The position numbers and the translations under genes are program-made. A model generated the notes under the pieces. It did not search any database, had not been told where the DNA came from, and saw only the letters and a program-made list of their open reading frames with translations. This document shows, one piece after another, positions 10,180 through 20,204 of a stretch of DNA of 64,000 nucleotides (the first letter of the stretch is position 1; the number at the start of each line of letters is the position of its first letter). Source of the DNA: a virus (taxonomy: Duplodnaviria > Caudoviricetes); IMG/VR virus record IMGVR_UViG_3300031998_000010; one strand, written 5' to 3'.

Positions 10180-11121
10180 TCAAGTTCTTACTTCATCACA
10201 ACAATCAAGTATTTCTCGTGTATTTATATCGATTTTATAGATATAAATATGTGTGCCAGGTTTATAATTCTGCATAGCATCTTCTACTGCTGCTTCACAG
10301 GAATCCCAAGTATCAATATTATTACTATCCGAAGAAACCCAACTACGACCTCCGCAACCACAGAATGTTATATGTTTAGGTAATGGGAGACTATAATTAT
10401 AATCGCTAGGTGAAAAATACGACTCAGATTGAACATATTTTATATCAGAATCGGAGCCCTGAATTCTTGTGGAACCTTCTATTGCTTCATCTTCAATCCA
10501 GAACTCATTGTTACTTGGATAATACTGTCCTCTAGTTGTCCATGAGAGTAATTTACCTTCAGGAGTAACTATATAAGAATGAAACCAATCATCTGAATCT
10601 TCAGGCTCATATACTGAACCTTGACCATCTTCTCTCTTATAGATGTATGTATCAATATTTCCGCTCTTCCTCTTTATCTTGAGTACTTTAGAAGCTGTCA
10701 CACTTTTAGAATTTACTTTTGTGGAAGATAGAATCCAATCTACAAATTCATATGTGTTGCAACCTACATCTGCACCTTCGGTTGTTTTAAAGTAGCCCAT
10801 AGCTAAATCTTCGGCTAATCTTCTCGCGTCACTGTCAAGGTAATTTAATGAAATAGAACCTCCACAACTATATCCCTTATCACGATTGACCCAGCCATCA
10901 AATGCTATATAGTTATCACGAAGTGAAGTAATTCTGCAACTTCCTCCGACTTTTTTGAAGGCTTCCTTGATATTATTCGGCAAATCTGCATTCATACCGT
11001 CTGTGATTGTTCGGAAAAGGTCTACATATAAATCGTAATATTTCTTCTTGTCAAAACCTTCAAATTTTGATACACTTGATGGTTCGCTATTATATCTAGA
11101 ATTTCTAATATATCTCTTCAT
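10180..11121 (-). CDS. leader-bearing multi-module hypothetical protein (MKRYIRNS)
   Basis: 313 aa; internal VTAS, IEGS, IQGS motifs at apparent module boundaries. Confidence 0.8.
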   Translation of the reverse strand: MKRYIRNSRYNSEPSSVSKFEGFDKKKYYDLYVDLFRTITDGMNADLPNNIKEAFKKVGGSCRITSLRDNYIAFDGWVNRDKGYSCGGSISLNYLDSDARRLAEDLAMGYFKTTEGADVGCNTYEFVDWILSSTKVNSKSVTASKVLKIKRKSGNIDTYIYKREDGQGSVYEPEDSDDWFHSYIVTPEGKLLSWTTRGQYYPSNNEFWIEDEAIEGSTRIQGSDSDIKYVQSESYFSPSDYNYSLPLPKHITFCGCGGRSWVSSDSNNIDTWDSCEAAVEDAMQNYKPGTHIYIYKIDINTREILDCCDEVRT

Positions 11122-11132
11122 AAATGCTCCTT

Positions 11133-11504
11133 TTATCTAAAAGTTGTTCTCTTTTCAGGGTCTAAATATACATCAACCTTGTCAAGAATATTAGAAACTA
11201 ATTCACATCTTTCAATATACTTATTAAGTTTATCAACATAATAATCCGTATCGCCATCTACTTCGAATGGGATAATTTTACATGAAACTAAATTAACTAT
11301 AGCAGAATAATATCCCGATTCATCATCCATCTCTTCTCTTACATCAGAAAAAACATAAATGATATCGGCAAAAGAATTGATAATATATACTTCATAATCA
11401 TTTTCACCAACCTGTTCTACCCTATAATTATAGGTGAACTCGGAATGGGATTGGTAAGTAATGCCTTCCATATAATCTTTTATAGCGGCACTGATAACAG
11501 ACAT
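11133..11504 (-). CDS. hypothetical protein
   Basis: 123 aa, AAGGAG SD. Confidence 0.75.
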   Translation of the reverse strand: MSVISAAIKDYMEGITYQSHSEFTYNYRVEQVGENDYEVYIINSFADIIYVFSDVREEMDDESGYYSAIVNLVSCKIIPFEVDGDTDYYVDKLNKYIERCELVSNILDKVDVYLDPEKRTTFR

Positions 11505-11547
11505 ATATGTTCTCCTTTATTAAAAGATTCTATTTTGATATCTTCAA

Positions 11548-11555
11548 TAACGATT
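11548..11555 (-). promoter_or_regulatory. putative phage middle-promoter element AATCGTTA (exemplar; 12 exact copies plus 2 variants at gene junctions)
   Basis: Plus-strand TAACGATT at 11548, 15337, 25200, 30869, 33322, 37378, 37957, 53220, 54580, 55440, 59107, 60601; TAACGAAT at 29971 and 51632; all oriented toward a nearby minus-strand start. Confidence 0.75.
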
Positions 11556-11556
11556 T

Positions 11557-12147
11557 TCAATCGTAATTATCGTCATCGTTGAATATTCCTGCACCCTCTG
11601 CAGTTAGGGGCATCCTGACCATGATGTCATGGAGGTCTTGCATCACTCCGTTTCCGTGAAAGGGTTCACGTGTATAGCACTCATACAGTGGTTTATAGAC
11701 CTCCCTTTCCTCTTTTGTGTAATAGCCCTTCTTAGTGCATCTTTTGTAGATGTCTAGCAAACGCTCTCGCATCAATCCCTTCAAAGATTCTATTACAGCT
11801 TTTTGAACTTCTAGTGCTTCCTTATCAGCAGTATCTCTAATATTTCGATACTTAACAGTTTCTTCATTAGCACGTTGGAGTAATTCTATGTCTTGCTTGA
11901 GTTCTTTAACATCGCTTGATAGATGGTCTACTTTGTTGTTAAGCTGAGTCATATTCTCAGTTAGAGTATCCATCTTCTTTTCTATGCCGTTTTCTTTGCT
12001 TTCTTCGTCTCTCTTGGCTTGCTCTTTAGCTTGCTTATATTGCCAATAGCCGGTTCCGCCGAAGATAACTCCCGCTGTTACCAGTATCTGAATGATTACT
12101 GGTATGTAGTCGGCGAGGTTAAATTCAGCTGCTAAGATGTAGTACAT
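11557..12147 (-). CDS. membrane-anchored coiled-coil protein (holin-like / lysis-associated family of Firmicute phages)
   Basis: N-terminal TM helix, coiled coil, C-terminal LYECY..HGNG motif. Confidence 0.5.
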   Translation of the reverse strand: MYYILAAEFNLADYIPVIIQILVTAGVIFGGTGYWQYKQAKEQAKRDEESKENGIEKKMDTLTENMTQLNNKVDHLSSDVKELKQDIELLQRANEETVKYRNIRDTADKEALEVQKAVIESLKGLMRERLLDIYKRCTKKGYYTKEEREVYKPLYECYTREPFHGNGVMQDLHDIMVRMPLTAEGAGIFNDDDNYD

Positions 12148-12252
12148 ATTAAATGTGTTCTCCTAGTCTGTAAATTAGCTCTCTTTTCATAATCAATTAA
12201 GGTTGCGATACATGACCGCAACCTCTTTGAATTATTCATGAATTATTGAAAG

Positions 12253-12681
12253 TTATCTTTTTATGATTTTGCTAACTTTGATTGTTTTCTTATTTGATTC
12301 ATCTTCATCTGAAGAGTCTTCGCCTAATATTTTTTGAACATCAATTGCTTGCTCTATTGCAAAGATATCATATCCAATTTCTTCAAAATTCTCAATATCT
12401 GTTTTAAGTACTTCAAACGATTTTCTGAATTCTCCAGAATCAACATCTTCTTCGGCTTTGAGAGTATCACGAATATCAGGTTCAAGTAAATTGATATACT
12501 TTTCCATTTCTTCTTTATCAGGAAATCTCTTGAAAATTGCTATCTCTAAATTTGCAAGATTTGTAACAACCTTCATATCCCAAAGATGATTCATCATGCA
12601 CTTGTAGAAATCAATATAATCATTCTGCAAATCCTGTGATGTGAGTACTTCTTTTTTATTAACTTCAATTTTAACTGTCAT
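12253..12681 (-). CDS. hypothetical protein
   Basis: 142-aa ORF, coupled to upstream gene. Confidence 0.7.
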   Translation of the reverse strand: MTVKIEVNKKEVLTSQDLQNDYIDFYKCMMNHLWDMKVVTNLANLEIAIFKRFPDKEEMEKYINLLEPDIRDTLKAEEDVDSGEFRKSFEVLKTDIENFEEIGYDIFAIEQAIDVQKILGEDSSDEDESNKKTIKVSKIIKR

Positions 12682-12866
12682 TTTATGTTACCTAACTCCC
12701 TATTAATCGATGTAATCAACTTATTTATACTAATAAAGGTAGTTCCATTAAATTGAGTTTCAAGACTTAAGTTATCATCTTGAACATTGAGTATATATTT
12801 CTGATAATACTCATTGAAGTCTTCTTCAGGCAATTCCTTGATGTAATTTTTTACTGACTCTAGCAT
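12678..12866 (-). CDS. hypothetical protein
   Basis: 62-aa ORF in operon. Confidence 0.6.
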   Translation of the reverse strand: MLESVKNYIKELPEEDFNEYYQKYILNVQDDNLSLETQFNGTTFISINKLITSINRELGNIK

Positions 12867-12867
12867 C

Positions 12868-13338
12868 TTAAGGCTCTGTTATTTCTACATTCAAATAAAT
12901 TGTAGCACCATTTGTAAGGTGAACTTCAATAGAACGCTCTTCATCATAGATTCCAACATCAGGGTCTGCAGGGTCGTAATTAACTTCAACATCTTCTACA
13001 CCGACTATATTATCTATAGACTCTGCAATTGCATTGTAGACAGCAAGTGTTTGTTCTTTCTGATAATAATAGCGATTTTGTGAAATTTCATCAATCATGA
13101 AGAATAAATCGTTGACTGCATTATCAATTAAATCCTCAATATCTGATTGAACATTTTCAGATGTATCATAATTAGCGATTTCATCAAGAATCAAACCTCT
13201 GAGATAATCGTCATCATTAGCTATCTTATCGAGTTCTTTCAGCTGTTCTACACTATATGTCTTATATGCGTCGTCAGGAATTCCTAACTTATCAAATGCA
13301 TCTTGAGCAATGTTTCGAGCGTCACTGTATTGTAACAT
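12868..13338 (-). CDS. acidic hypothetical protein
   Basis: 156 aa, GGAGG SD. Confidence 0.75.
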   Translation of the reverse strand: MLQYSDARNIAQDAFDKLGIPDDAYKTYSVEQLKELDKIANDDDYLRGLILDEIANYDTSENVQSDIEDLIDNAVNDLFFMIDEISQNRYYYQKEQTLAVYNAIAESIDNIVGVEDVEVNYDPADPDVGIYDEERSIEVHLTNGATIYLNVEITEP

Positions 13339-13341
13339 CTA

Positions 13342-13596
13342 TCAACCCTCCATATCATACTCTTGTTTTATATCTTTTATCACTGCGTCTAATTTCCATC
13401 TACGCTTTGAATATCTCTCTTCTGAAGAAGGTCCTCTGTCTGTATCATAAAATACCAAATCTCCATCAGAATCATACTCAAATAGAATAAAATCATTATA
13501 ATCTTGAGTAAGCTCTAATCTTGAACCATCACTCCAATGGTGTTGCCAAATTATTTGCTTTCTTGGAGTATATGTATTAGCATTATAGAATGACAT
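13342..13596 (-). CDS. hypothetical protein
   Basis: 84 aa, TGATG coupling. Confidence 0.7.
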   Translation of the reverse strand: MSFYNANTYTPRKQIIWQHHWSDGSRLELTQDYNDFILFEYDSDGDLVFYDTDRGPSSEERYSKRRWKLDAVIKDIKQEYDMEG

Positions 13597-14591
13597 CAGA
13601 ACTTACCAGAATTTGCAAGAGCTTGATACAACTCATCTGAAACTATTTTAGAAGCTTCAGCGACATCATCAAGCTTGATAATTTTATTAACATCAAATGA
13701 ATATTTTAAGCTATCTCCATCTTCGAAGAAGATTTCAATATCATAAGTAGCATTTGGGCTATTAAAATCAAAATCGATTGCAGCTATATCATCTTGATAA
13801 TCTGGGTCTGTATCAATTGTAGTTAATCCGTCTACTACTGCATTATGAAAAAATGGAGATTCATCTCCATATGTGTCATCAATATTGAAGGGAAGTTCAT
13901 CATCTTCATAATTATAATTTCCATAAGGATTCTTATCAAAATCTAAATATTCGATGAGAGCTTCTAAATCAGGAAATACATTATATTCGGCACCACCCCA
14001 AGCAGAAGGATTCATATCGATATCATCTTCGTCTTCAGGCTGATAATCAAAATATGAATTATATTTATCTACATAGATGTTCCTAGCAGTATACTTTGAA
14101 CCCATGTCCTTGAGCCAAGGATACTTTTCTTTGATTGCTTCAAGTTCTTGCTTTGCAACCTGCAAACTATCTGCGTAGAACTTGCCTAAGCAATAAAACT
14201 CATCTCCATCCATACCATTTGTATCAGGGCCAATATCTGCCGAATAATCCATAAGCATAAATACATCAGATGTATCGGTCTCTGTAGCAGATGAAATATA
14301 ATCTTGAGATTCTGATTTAGAATGAATATACTGACAATCTTCAGGAGCAAGCTTGTAGAATTGACAGAAATAATCAATTGCTTCGTTCAAATCAGGAGAA
14401 CTGAAAACTGTTCCAAGGAACGGGTCTTCAATCAAATATTCTCCATACTCGTTGACATAAGATAAATTCAAATATTCAGCTCCACCAAATGTTGCCTCAA
14501 TTGCAAAATTACCGTCACTGTCAATAAAACAATTGATATTGTCTACTTCAGGAATATCATTGTATTCAGGATAATTATCTCTTGTTATCAT
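13596..14591 (-). CDS. very acidic hypothetical protein
   Basis: 331 aa, D/E-rich, internal YISSAT motif. Confidence 0.8.
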   Translation of the reverse strand: MITRDNYPEYNDIPEVDNINCFIDSDGNFAIEATFGGAEYLNLSYVNEYGEYLIEDPFLGTVFSSPDLNEAIDYFCQFYKLAPEDCQYIHSKSESQDYISSATETDTSDVFMLMDYSADIGPDTNGMDGDEFYCLGKFYADSLQVAKQELEAIKEKYPWLKDMGSKYTARNIYVDKYNSYFDYQPEDEDDIDMNPSAWGGAEYNVFPDLEALIEYLDFDKNPYGNYNYEDDELPFNIDDTYGDESPFFHNAVVDGLTTIDTDPDYQDDIAAIDFDFNSPNATYDIEIFFEDGDSLKYSFDVNKIIKLDDVAEASKIVSDELYQALANSGKF

Positions 14592-14905
14592 AAGTATACT
14601 CCTCTTATCTTGCGAACTAACTCAGTCAGTTCCATTGGAATTTCAGCAGAAGATTTTGACTTCTTGATGTAGACATCATAATACCATTGTAACGCTTCAA
14701 TATCTCTACATAATTGCTCAAGAGTAGGAATTGTTATTGTTTCTCCTCCGGCATACTTGCAAAGCTTAATCAAGGATTTTGCTCCAATTATGCTGAATAA
14801 TTCAGGGAGGTTAGCAAACTCAGGTGTATCCTCTAATGGAGGTAACAACTGCAATAGATATTGAAAATCTAATTCTTCTGTTGTTGAAAATTCGTTATCC
14901 ATCAA
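14588..14905 (-). CDS. Mor/C-like transcription activator domain protein
   Basis: LPELFSIIGAKSLIKLCKYAGGETITIP resembles the Mor family LxExIG..A.KL...GG..IYIP pattern. Confidence 0.5.
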   Translation of the reverse strand: MMDNEFSTTEELDFQYLLQLLPPLEDTPEFANLPELFSIIGAKSLIKLCKYAGGETITIPTLEQLCRDIEALQWYYDVYIKKSKSSAEIPMELTELVRKIRGVYL

Positions 14906-15294
14906 TATTCTTCGTCTTCTTCGTCTTCTACGTCAACTTCTTCAATTTCTTCGTCTTCAACATCGTCCCACTCATGACCGTAGTCAGGTCTAGCCTTTGC
15001 AGCTCTCTTAATCTGAGTATAGAGCTCTCTATCTGTGAAATCACCCATACCTGTACGATAGTTTACCCAACCTACAAGATTGTCGTTGTAGTAGATATAA
15101 CGATTGCCTTCTGCATCAGGCTCACCAATTCTTGTATTAGGGTCCTTCATAAGATTTGTGATAATCTGGTCACCAGACTCGCCTCTGTAACCTGATTCGC
15201 GTCTTCTAGCAATCTCTTCCTGAGAAAACTTCTTAGCCATGTTCTGTGTTCTCTTGAGGGAACCTTCTGTTGCTGCTTTGATTAAAATCTTCAT
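14902..15294 (-). CDS. leader-bearing hypothetical protein (MKILIKAA), acidic tail
   Basis: Start reassigned to ATG 15294 with AAGGAG SD. Confidence 0.75.
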   Translation of the reverse strand: MKILIKAATEGSLKRTQNMAKKFSQEEIARRRESGYRGESGDQIITNLMKDPNTRIGEPDAEGNRYIYYNDNLVGWVNYRTGMGDFTDRELYTQIKRAAKARPDYGHEWDDVEDEEIEEVDVEDEEDEEY

Positions 15295-15349
15295 ATTTGT
15301 ATTCTCCTTTGGTAATATTTTTATTGTCAATTAATATAACGATTCTGAA

Positions 15350-16510
15350 TTAATAATTCATTGATAATTCTAATGCATTCCCATAATCACCGGTGTTCTT
15401 ATAATATTCTAGACCCTTACGTAAACCTTCCATACTTTCGGCTCTAAAATCAATCTCATCATTTGCATTGTTGGCTTCAGGATTATAATCTTTATCAAAA
15501 TGAGGTCTCTTCATGTATAATACTATTTCACGAGTCTCATCATAACCCCATCTATTTACTTCTATTCTAAAGTATGTAGCCAACGCTTTAACCCAGTAAG
15601 GTAATGATTCAAAACACTTCTTTTCTCTTAAATCATAGAAACTTAATCCTTTGTAGTTTCGAGACTGATTTCCAAGAACCCTTGCACCTTCGCAAGTATC
15701 TTCTATCTTTAATATGATACCATATAAATATGAATAGAATTTATTGAAGAATGTTTCATAAAAATAATCATCAATCTCATCAGATTTCATAGTAGGTTTA
15801 AATACTACAACAATCTTGCCTGGATAAGTTTGAGGTCTAATATTTCCTGTATAAACTATATCAATGTTACAAGTTAATGTGAATGTGTAACCGCTAAGGG
15901 TTACTTTGTATATTTCAAAATTGAGGTCAATGTCGAAATCAACTTCTTCTTTGATTTTCTTTAATTTCTTATTTTTAGAAATAATTCTATCAATTATATT
16001 ACCTACAAAATCGTTGTAATACTGAATATCTCTATCTGTAAGCAGTCTCTGTTTAAGAATAGGTTGAATATCTGTGAGATTTTCCTGCTTAATACCATTT
16101 TTTATTTCCCAATAGCCTTTGACAATCCAATTTCTTGAATCCCAACTATCATATACTCTATCATTAATTACACAAACAAGATGTGTACTGCGGCTATATG
16201 AATTTTTTGTTTTTCCACACCATATGATATATGTACCAGAATGAGAATCAACAAATTCTTCTACAGTCATTGTAGAAGATGGATTTATCATGTTGCCTCC
16301 ACCAAGTTCTCTAATTACTCTCTTGCAGTTTTCGAGATAATTAAATGGATAGCCACGATAGTATTGCTTTGCAGATTCATTCTGCATTTTCTTTATCTGT
16401 GGATAATCTTTGTTGAACGCTAAAGAAATTGCACGAGTAGTACAGTCACCTGTACTTGTTCCTCGTGTATTAGCATTATACTTAATCAATGTTGCAGAAT
16501 CTATATACAT
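15350..16510 (-). CDS. protein with N-terminal putative papain/C39-like Cys-His-Asp domain
   Basis: GDCTTRAIS..HLVCVINDRVYDSWDS; start reassigned to MYIDSAT (16510). Confidence 0.55.
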   Translation of the reverse strand: MYIDSATLIKYNANTRGTSTGDCTTRAISLAFNKDYPQIKKMQNESAKQYYRGYPFNYLENCKRVIRELGGGNMINPSSTMTVEEFVDSHSGTYIIWCGKTKNSYSRSTHLVCVINDRVYDSWDSRNWIVKGYWEIKNGIKQENLTDIQPILKQRLLTDRDIQYYNDFVGNIIDRIISKNKKLKKIKEEVDFDIDLNFEIYKVTLSGYTFTLTCNIDIVYTGNIRPQTYPGKIVVVFKPTMKSDEIDDYFYETFFNKFYSYLYGIILKIEDTCEGARVLGNQSRNYKGLSFYDLREKKCFESLPYWVKALATYFRIEVNRWGYDETREIVLYMKRPHFDKDYNPEANNANDEIDFRAESMEGLRKGLEYYKNTGDYGNALELSMNY

Positions 16511-16511
16511 A

Positions 16512-16685
16512 TTATGTATTTCCGGCAAAAGCATCAAGAATCATTCTTGCTTTATCAAGTATTTCAATGTCCTCATTAGATAAGCTGTCTGACAAATAAG
16601 CAGGACCTGTAATAGCATTCTGGAATTCCCAAATCCTATCTGCGGCTTCACTTGCTACTACTTGACAATATTCTAAGTTCTTCAT
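16512..16685 (-). CDS. 57-aa hypothetical protein
   Basis: Manual translation MKNLEYCQVVASEAADRIWEF...AFAGNT; ATGA overlap with the 16682 gene. Confidence 0.65.
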   Translation of the reverse strand: MKNLEYCQVVASEAADRIWEFQNAITGPAYLSDSLSNEDIEILDKARMILDAFAGNT

Positions 16686-17449
16686 TTCTTTGTTTCCTCG
16701 ACTTCTTCTATCGATTTAACAGGCTCAATAACTTCGTTGATGTCAAATACAATTGCATTATTGCTTCTTGCTAACCTACTAAATGACAAATATGTATAAG
16801 CAGAAGCATTGAGCGATTCAATTACATCAACCATTATATCGCCAATGTTTACTTCATCTTTATAGTAAAGCCAAAGTTCGTTATCAACAATTACAAGTCG
16901 AATTACTCCGGCTGTAGTATCTTTGCTATTAAGTGTCCCTTTGATAATTTCTGCTTCTTCTGCAAGAGTATTGATGTTGAATTCTAATGCAGTGTCTGCT
17001 GTTACTTTTCCATAAATAGCAGTAGACTCTTCAACGGCATCATCAGGCTCGGGTGCCGGAGCAGGCTCTCCTCCGCCCTCATCACCTTCAGGCATATCAA
17101 AGATATCAGAACCTTCACCTTCCATATCTCCACCAAAATCATCGGGACCAGAAGGAATTCCACCTCCGCCTGAATAAGAAGGTGAAAATACATTATTTTC
17201 ATCAGGAACATCTTTATCGAAGTTATCTTCTAAACCAATTTCTGAAGCATTTTCAGATTCTTTAGCCTCAGTTTCAGCTATTTCTTCTTGAACTGCTTCG
17301 TCTAATTTTTCTCTTGCATCTTTATCAAGATAATCTGAAAGTTGTTGAACTAATTCAACGTTCTCAGAATCATTGATAGCTGCATTGATTGCCTCTCTAC
17401 GAGGATTCGTCAAGTACAATTTTGAAGCATAAATTCTAGATAATTTCAT
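16682..17449 (-). CDS. acidic, Gly/Pro-linker protein, possible head core/scaffold-associated protein
   Basis: MKLSRIYASK leader; disordered acidic middle; VEES and VTAD motifs. Confidence 0.5.
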   Translation of the reverse strand: MKLSRIYASKLYLTNPRREAINAAINDSENVELVQQLSDYLDKDAREKLDEAVQEEIAETEAKESENASEIGLEDNFDKDVPDENNVFSPSYSGGGGIPSGPDDFGGDMEGEGSDIFDMPEGDEGGGEPAPAPEPDDAVEESTAIYGKVTADTALEFNINTLAEEAEIIKGTLNSKDTTAGVIRLVIVDNELWLYYKDEVNIGDIMVDVIESLNASAYTYLSFSRLARSNNAIVFDINEVIEPVKSIEEVEETKK

Positions 17450-17450
17450 C

Positions 17451-17936
17451 TTAATCGCCGACCTTCCACTTTACATATACAATATGTTCCATATAATCTA
17501 CTAAATAGTAAACACCTAAGTCATCACAAAATTTCCAATCCTCATCTTTCATTGGGTCATAGTCTTCAATACCCCGATAAATTCTATTATCTCCACTAGA
17601 TAATGCATACACTTGAACTAAATCATCTTCATAATTGATTCTACCTGAAGGTTTAAAATTTACAGGAAGTACTGTATAGTTATCACTAATATCCCAATAA
17701 CTATCTAATTCTTTAGTTTCATCATTATATGCCCAAATGAAAGAATTTTCTGATGTTTTTAAATATCCTGTGTTATAGCCGCCATTTCCTACTACTAAGA
17801 TATAACGATTTACTGGAATTTTATCAAGCAGTAAATTCAAAGATTCGGATAATTTACTCTTACTTCCACCATTTATACTACTAGTAGAAATATTATACAA
17901 ATCTGTATTTAAACTGGATTTGATATAAACTTTCAT
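17451..17936 (-). CDS. leader-bearing hypothetical protein (MKVYIKSS)
   Basis: 161 aa, ATGA overlap. Confidence 0.75.
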   Translation of the reverse strand: MKVYIKSSLNTDLYNISTSSINGGSKSKLSESLNLLLDKIPVNRYILVVGNGGYNTGYLKTSENSFIWAYNDETKELDSYWDISDNYTVLPVNFKPSGRINYEDDLVQVYALSSGDNRIYRGIEDYDPMKDEDWKFCDDLGVYYLVDYMEHIVYVKWKVGD

Positions 17937-18358
17937 GAATCACTATCCTCATCATCTTTTGGAATATCAGATTCTACTCTACTTTCAGTCATGTATATGT
18001 AAGGCTTTTCAACGAAGTTATCTTGAATGATATAGCTAAACCAACAAATAGCAGTAAGCTGAATTCCAAGTTTAGAAAATGTCAACCTATATACATGTTG
18101 ACCAACAGATAAATCTAGTATAGAAGTAGAGATATCAATCCAAGGTCGATGCTCATCTCTAGTTACATAATCTGTGTACTCAACATCTTTGTTAGTATTC
18201 AAATCATAAATGCCTGACAGCTCCATATCTCTTGGCATGCTGGCAGGCAATTTTACACAAACTATTTCAGGAACATCTGCAAGATTAACTACAGGTGTAT
18301 GCATATACAAATCTTGCATCTTTGATGATTGTAGTGTTAGTGTGAAAACATCTTTCAT
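17933..18358 (-). CDS. hypothetical protein, first gene after a late-type motif
   Basis: 141 aa. Confidence 0.7.
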   Translation of the reverse strand: MKDVFTLTLQSSKMQDLYMHTPVVNLADVPEIVCVKLPASMPRDMELSGIYDLNTNKDVEYTDYVTRDEHRPWIDISTSILDLSVGQHVYRLTFSKLGIQLTAICWFSYIIQDNFVEKPYIYMTESRVESDIPKDDEDSDS

Positions 18359-18409
18359 TCAGAGTATTCCTTAATGAGATTATTCAATTACATTAAAGGT
18401 TAAAGGAAC

Positions 18410-19402
18410 TCAAAACAATTTCTTAGCTTTCTTAACTCGTTTAGAATCATCATACTTATAAGTGGTTTTAACTAATTGTTGAATACCCCATATGTTAAAT
18501 GCGGTTCTTGCATCTGCATTATCTCTGACATCTTCCCAAGTTAGTCCACATGAAGTTAATTCTTGTTTAACTATCTCAAAATCGTGTTCACTTGCAAAAT
18601 ATTCAAAAGGAGCACCCGATTTATTATTGTCCTGCCTAACTCTCATTGAAGTTGATATTACTCCAAATGTAGGAGAAATAATCTTACCATATGCGGCCTG
18701 GAGTCTATGACTTACACTATCTGCTGAATAACACTTATTCTTAGCAAGTGACTGTAAAGATGTCATTCCATATAAGTGAGTCTTAACATTAGGGTTACTT
18801 GATTTTGCAATGACATCATTACACTGTGAAATATAAATATCTTTCTCATCTTGAGAAGCATCGTTAGCAGGCGAAATTCCTATATAATCTAACTTACTTC
18901 CATCGTCTGCTCGCCATTCAAGCATATTCTTAAGTGCACTTAAATCTTCACCATAGTGGAATACTGGCATTAACTTTTCAGGAGATTTGAGTTTACTTCT
19001 CATATAAAGATAGTTGTCCCAAGACTTCTGTGCAGACTCTACATAATCCTCGGGTCTCTTCGGTTGCTGAAATTTACCTGGAATAGTATCTAACTGAGCA
19101 AATACATCTGTAAATTCATCAATACTGTTTAAGTAATCAATGTAGTTATCTTCCCACTGCCTAAATGTAGGCTCTTTTATTGATTTATCAGGAAACTTTG
19201 CATTACCTGTGTGAATACTAAATGCACCAGAATCAATAAATAACCATCTGCAAAATCCCTTCTGCTTTAGCCCGATAACATTTGTAATTTCTCCTCTATC
19301 CAACTGAGATACAAGGACATCTAAAGGTTCAAAATTTGGAAGTGACATTAGAGTTTGATGAACAAAAGGTCTAATTGAACCACTAAAAACATATTTATCC
19401 AC
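18410..19402 (-). CDS. TGT-fold base-exchange enzyme, DpdA-like (queuine/archaeosine tRNA-ribosyltransferase-like)
   Basis: LFIDSGAFS, QLDTIP, MPVFH, HLYG, SADS motifs typical of phage TGT-like proteins. Confidence 0.7.
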   Translation of the reverse strand: MDKYVFSGSIRPFVHQTLMSLPNFEPLDVLVSQLDRGEITNVIGLKQKGFCRWLFIDSGAFSIHTGNAKFPDKSIKEPTFRQWEDNYIDYLNSIDEFTDVFAQLDTIPGKFQQPKRPEDYVESAQKSWDNYLYMRSKLKSPEKLMPVFHYGEDLSALKNMLEWRADDGSKLDYIGISPANDASQDEKDIYISQCNDVIAKSSNPNVKTHLYGMTSLQSLAKNKCYSADSVSHRLQAAYGKIISPTFGVISTSMRVRQDNNKSGAPFEYFASEHDFEIVKQELTSCGLTWEDVRDNADARTAFNIWGIQQLVKTTYKYDDSKRVKKAKKLF

Positions 19403-19415
19403 TATGTAATTCTCC

Positions 19416-20204
19416 TTATTCAGTATATTTTAATTCAAAAATCAACTTCGATATAATAGCATTTGTCGACATTCTAGCAAACTGCAAATCATCAAGACAT
19501 TCAAGACAAGGTCTTATCTGATTTGGTTTAAGGATTTGCATTAAGTATCTTATTACTATTGTTACCGGAGCTTCAGAATTATCAGGATAATGTTGAAGCT
19601 TCCAAGCAGTATTACTTACTGTCTCTTTAAATTGTATTATATCTGATAACGATTCAAAATAAGCCAATTTATTTGAATCAAATCCTAATATCATCTTAAC
19701 ATCATTGAAACTCTTGACGCATTTCCAAATCTTTTTACCTTCTATTGAATGAAAATTCTCAAAATTTATACTTGTAGCAAATTGCTCTAAATCGTTAGAA
19801 GTAGGCATTGCTACATCAATAAGAATACATCTACTTAATATTGTATCCGGAATATTCCTAATGTTATTACAAGTAACTGCTACATATAAATATTCAGGGC
19901 ATTCTTCAAGAAATTTAAGGAGAGGATATGCTGCCTGAACAACACCTTCATCAAGATTTTCAATACACATGACAGCAGGAGCATGATTATCTAACAAAGT
20001 ATCAATAACTGTCCTTAACTCATTTACAGAAGGGTTAACTAAAGCTACATCGTTGATGTTCAGCATCTTTGCCCATTCCTTAACTAAAGTAGTTTTTCCG
20101 CAACCTCTGCAGCCAGAAAGGATTATACTGTGCCTGTTAGCTTCACATACATTTTTCAAATTCTTAATTGCAGTTTCTTGACATTGAAAATCCATATCAT
20201 TCAC
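19416..20204 (-). CDS. clamp loader delta-prime-like subunit (HolB-like AAA+)
   Basis: SGCRGCGKTT, LLKFLEE, TILSRC motifs. Confidence 0.75.
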   Translation of the reverse strand: MNDMDFQCQETAIKNLKNVCEANRHSIILSGCRGCGKTTLVKEWAKMLNINDVALVNPSVNELRTVIDTLLDNHAPAVMCIENLDEGVVQAAYPLLKFLEECPEYLYVAVTCNNIRNIPDTILSRCILIDVAMPTSNDLEQFATSINFENFHSIEGKKIWKCVKSFNDVKMILGFDSNKLAYFESLSDIIQFKETVSNTAWKLQHYPDNSEAPVTIVIRYLMQILKPNQIRPCLECLDDLQFARMSTNAIISKLIFELKYTE

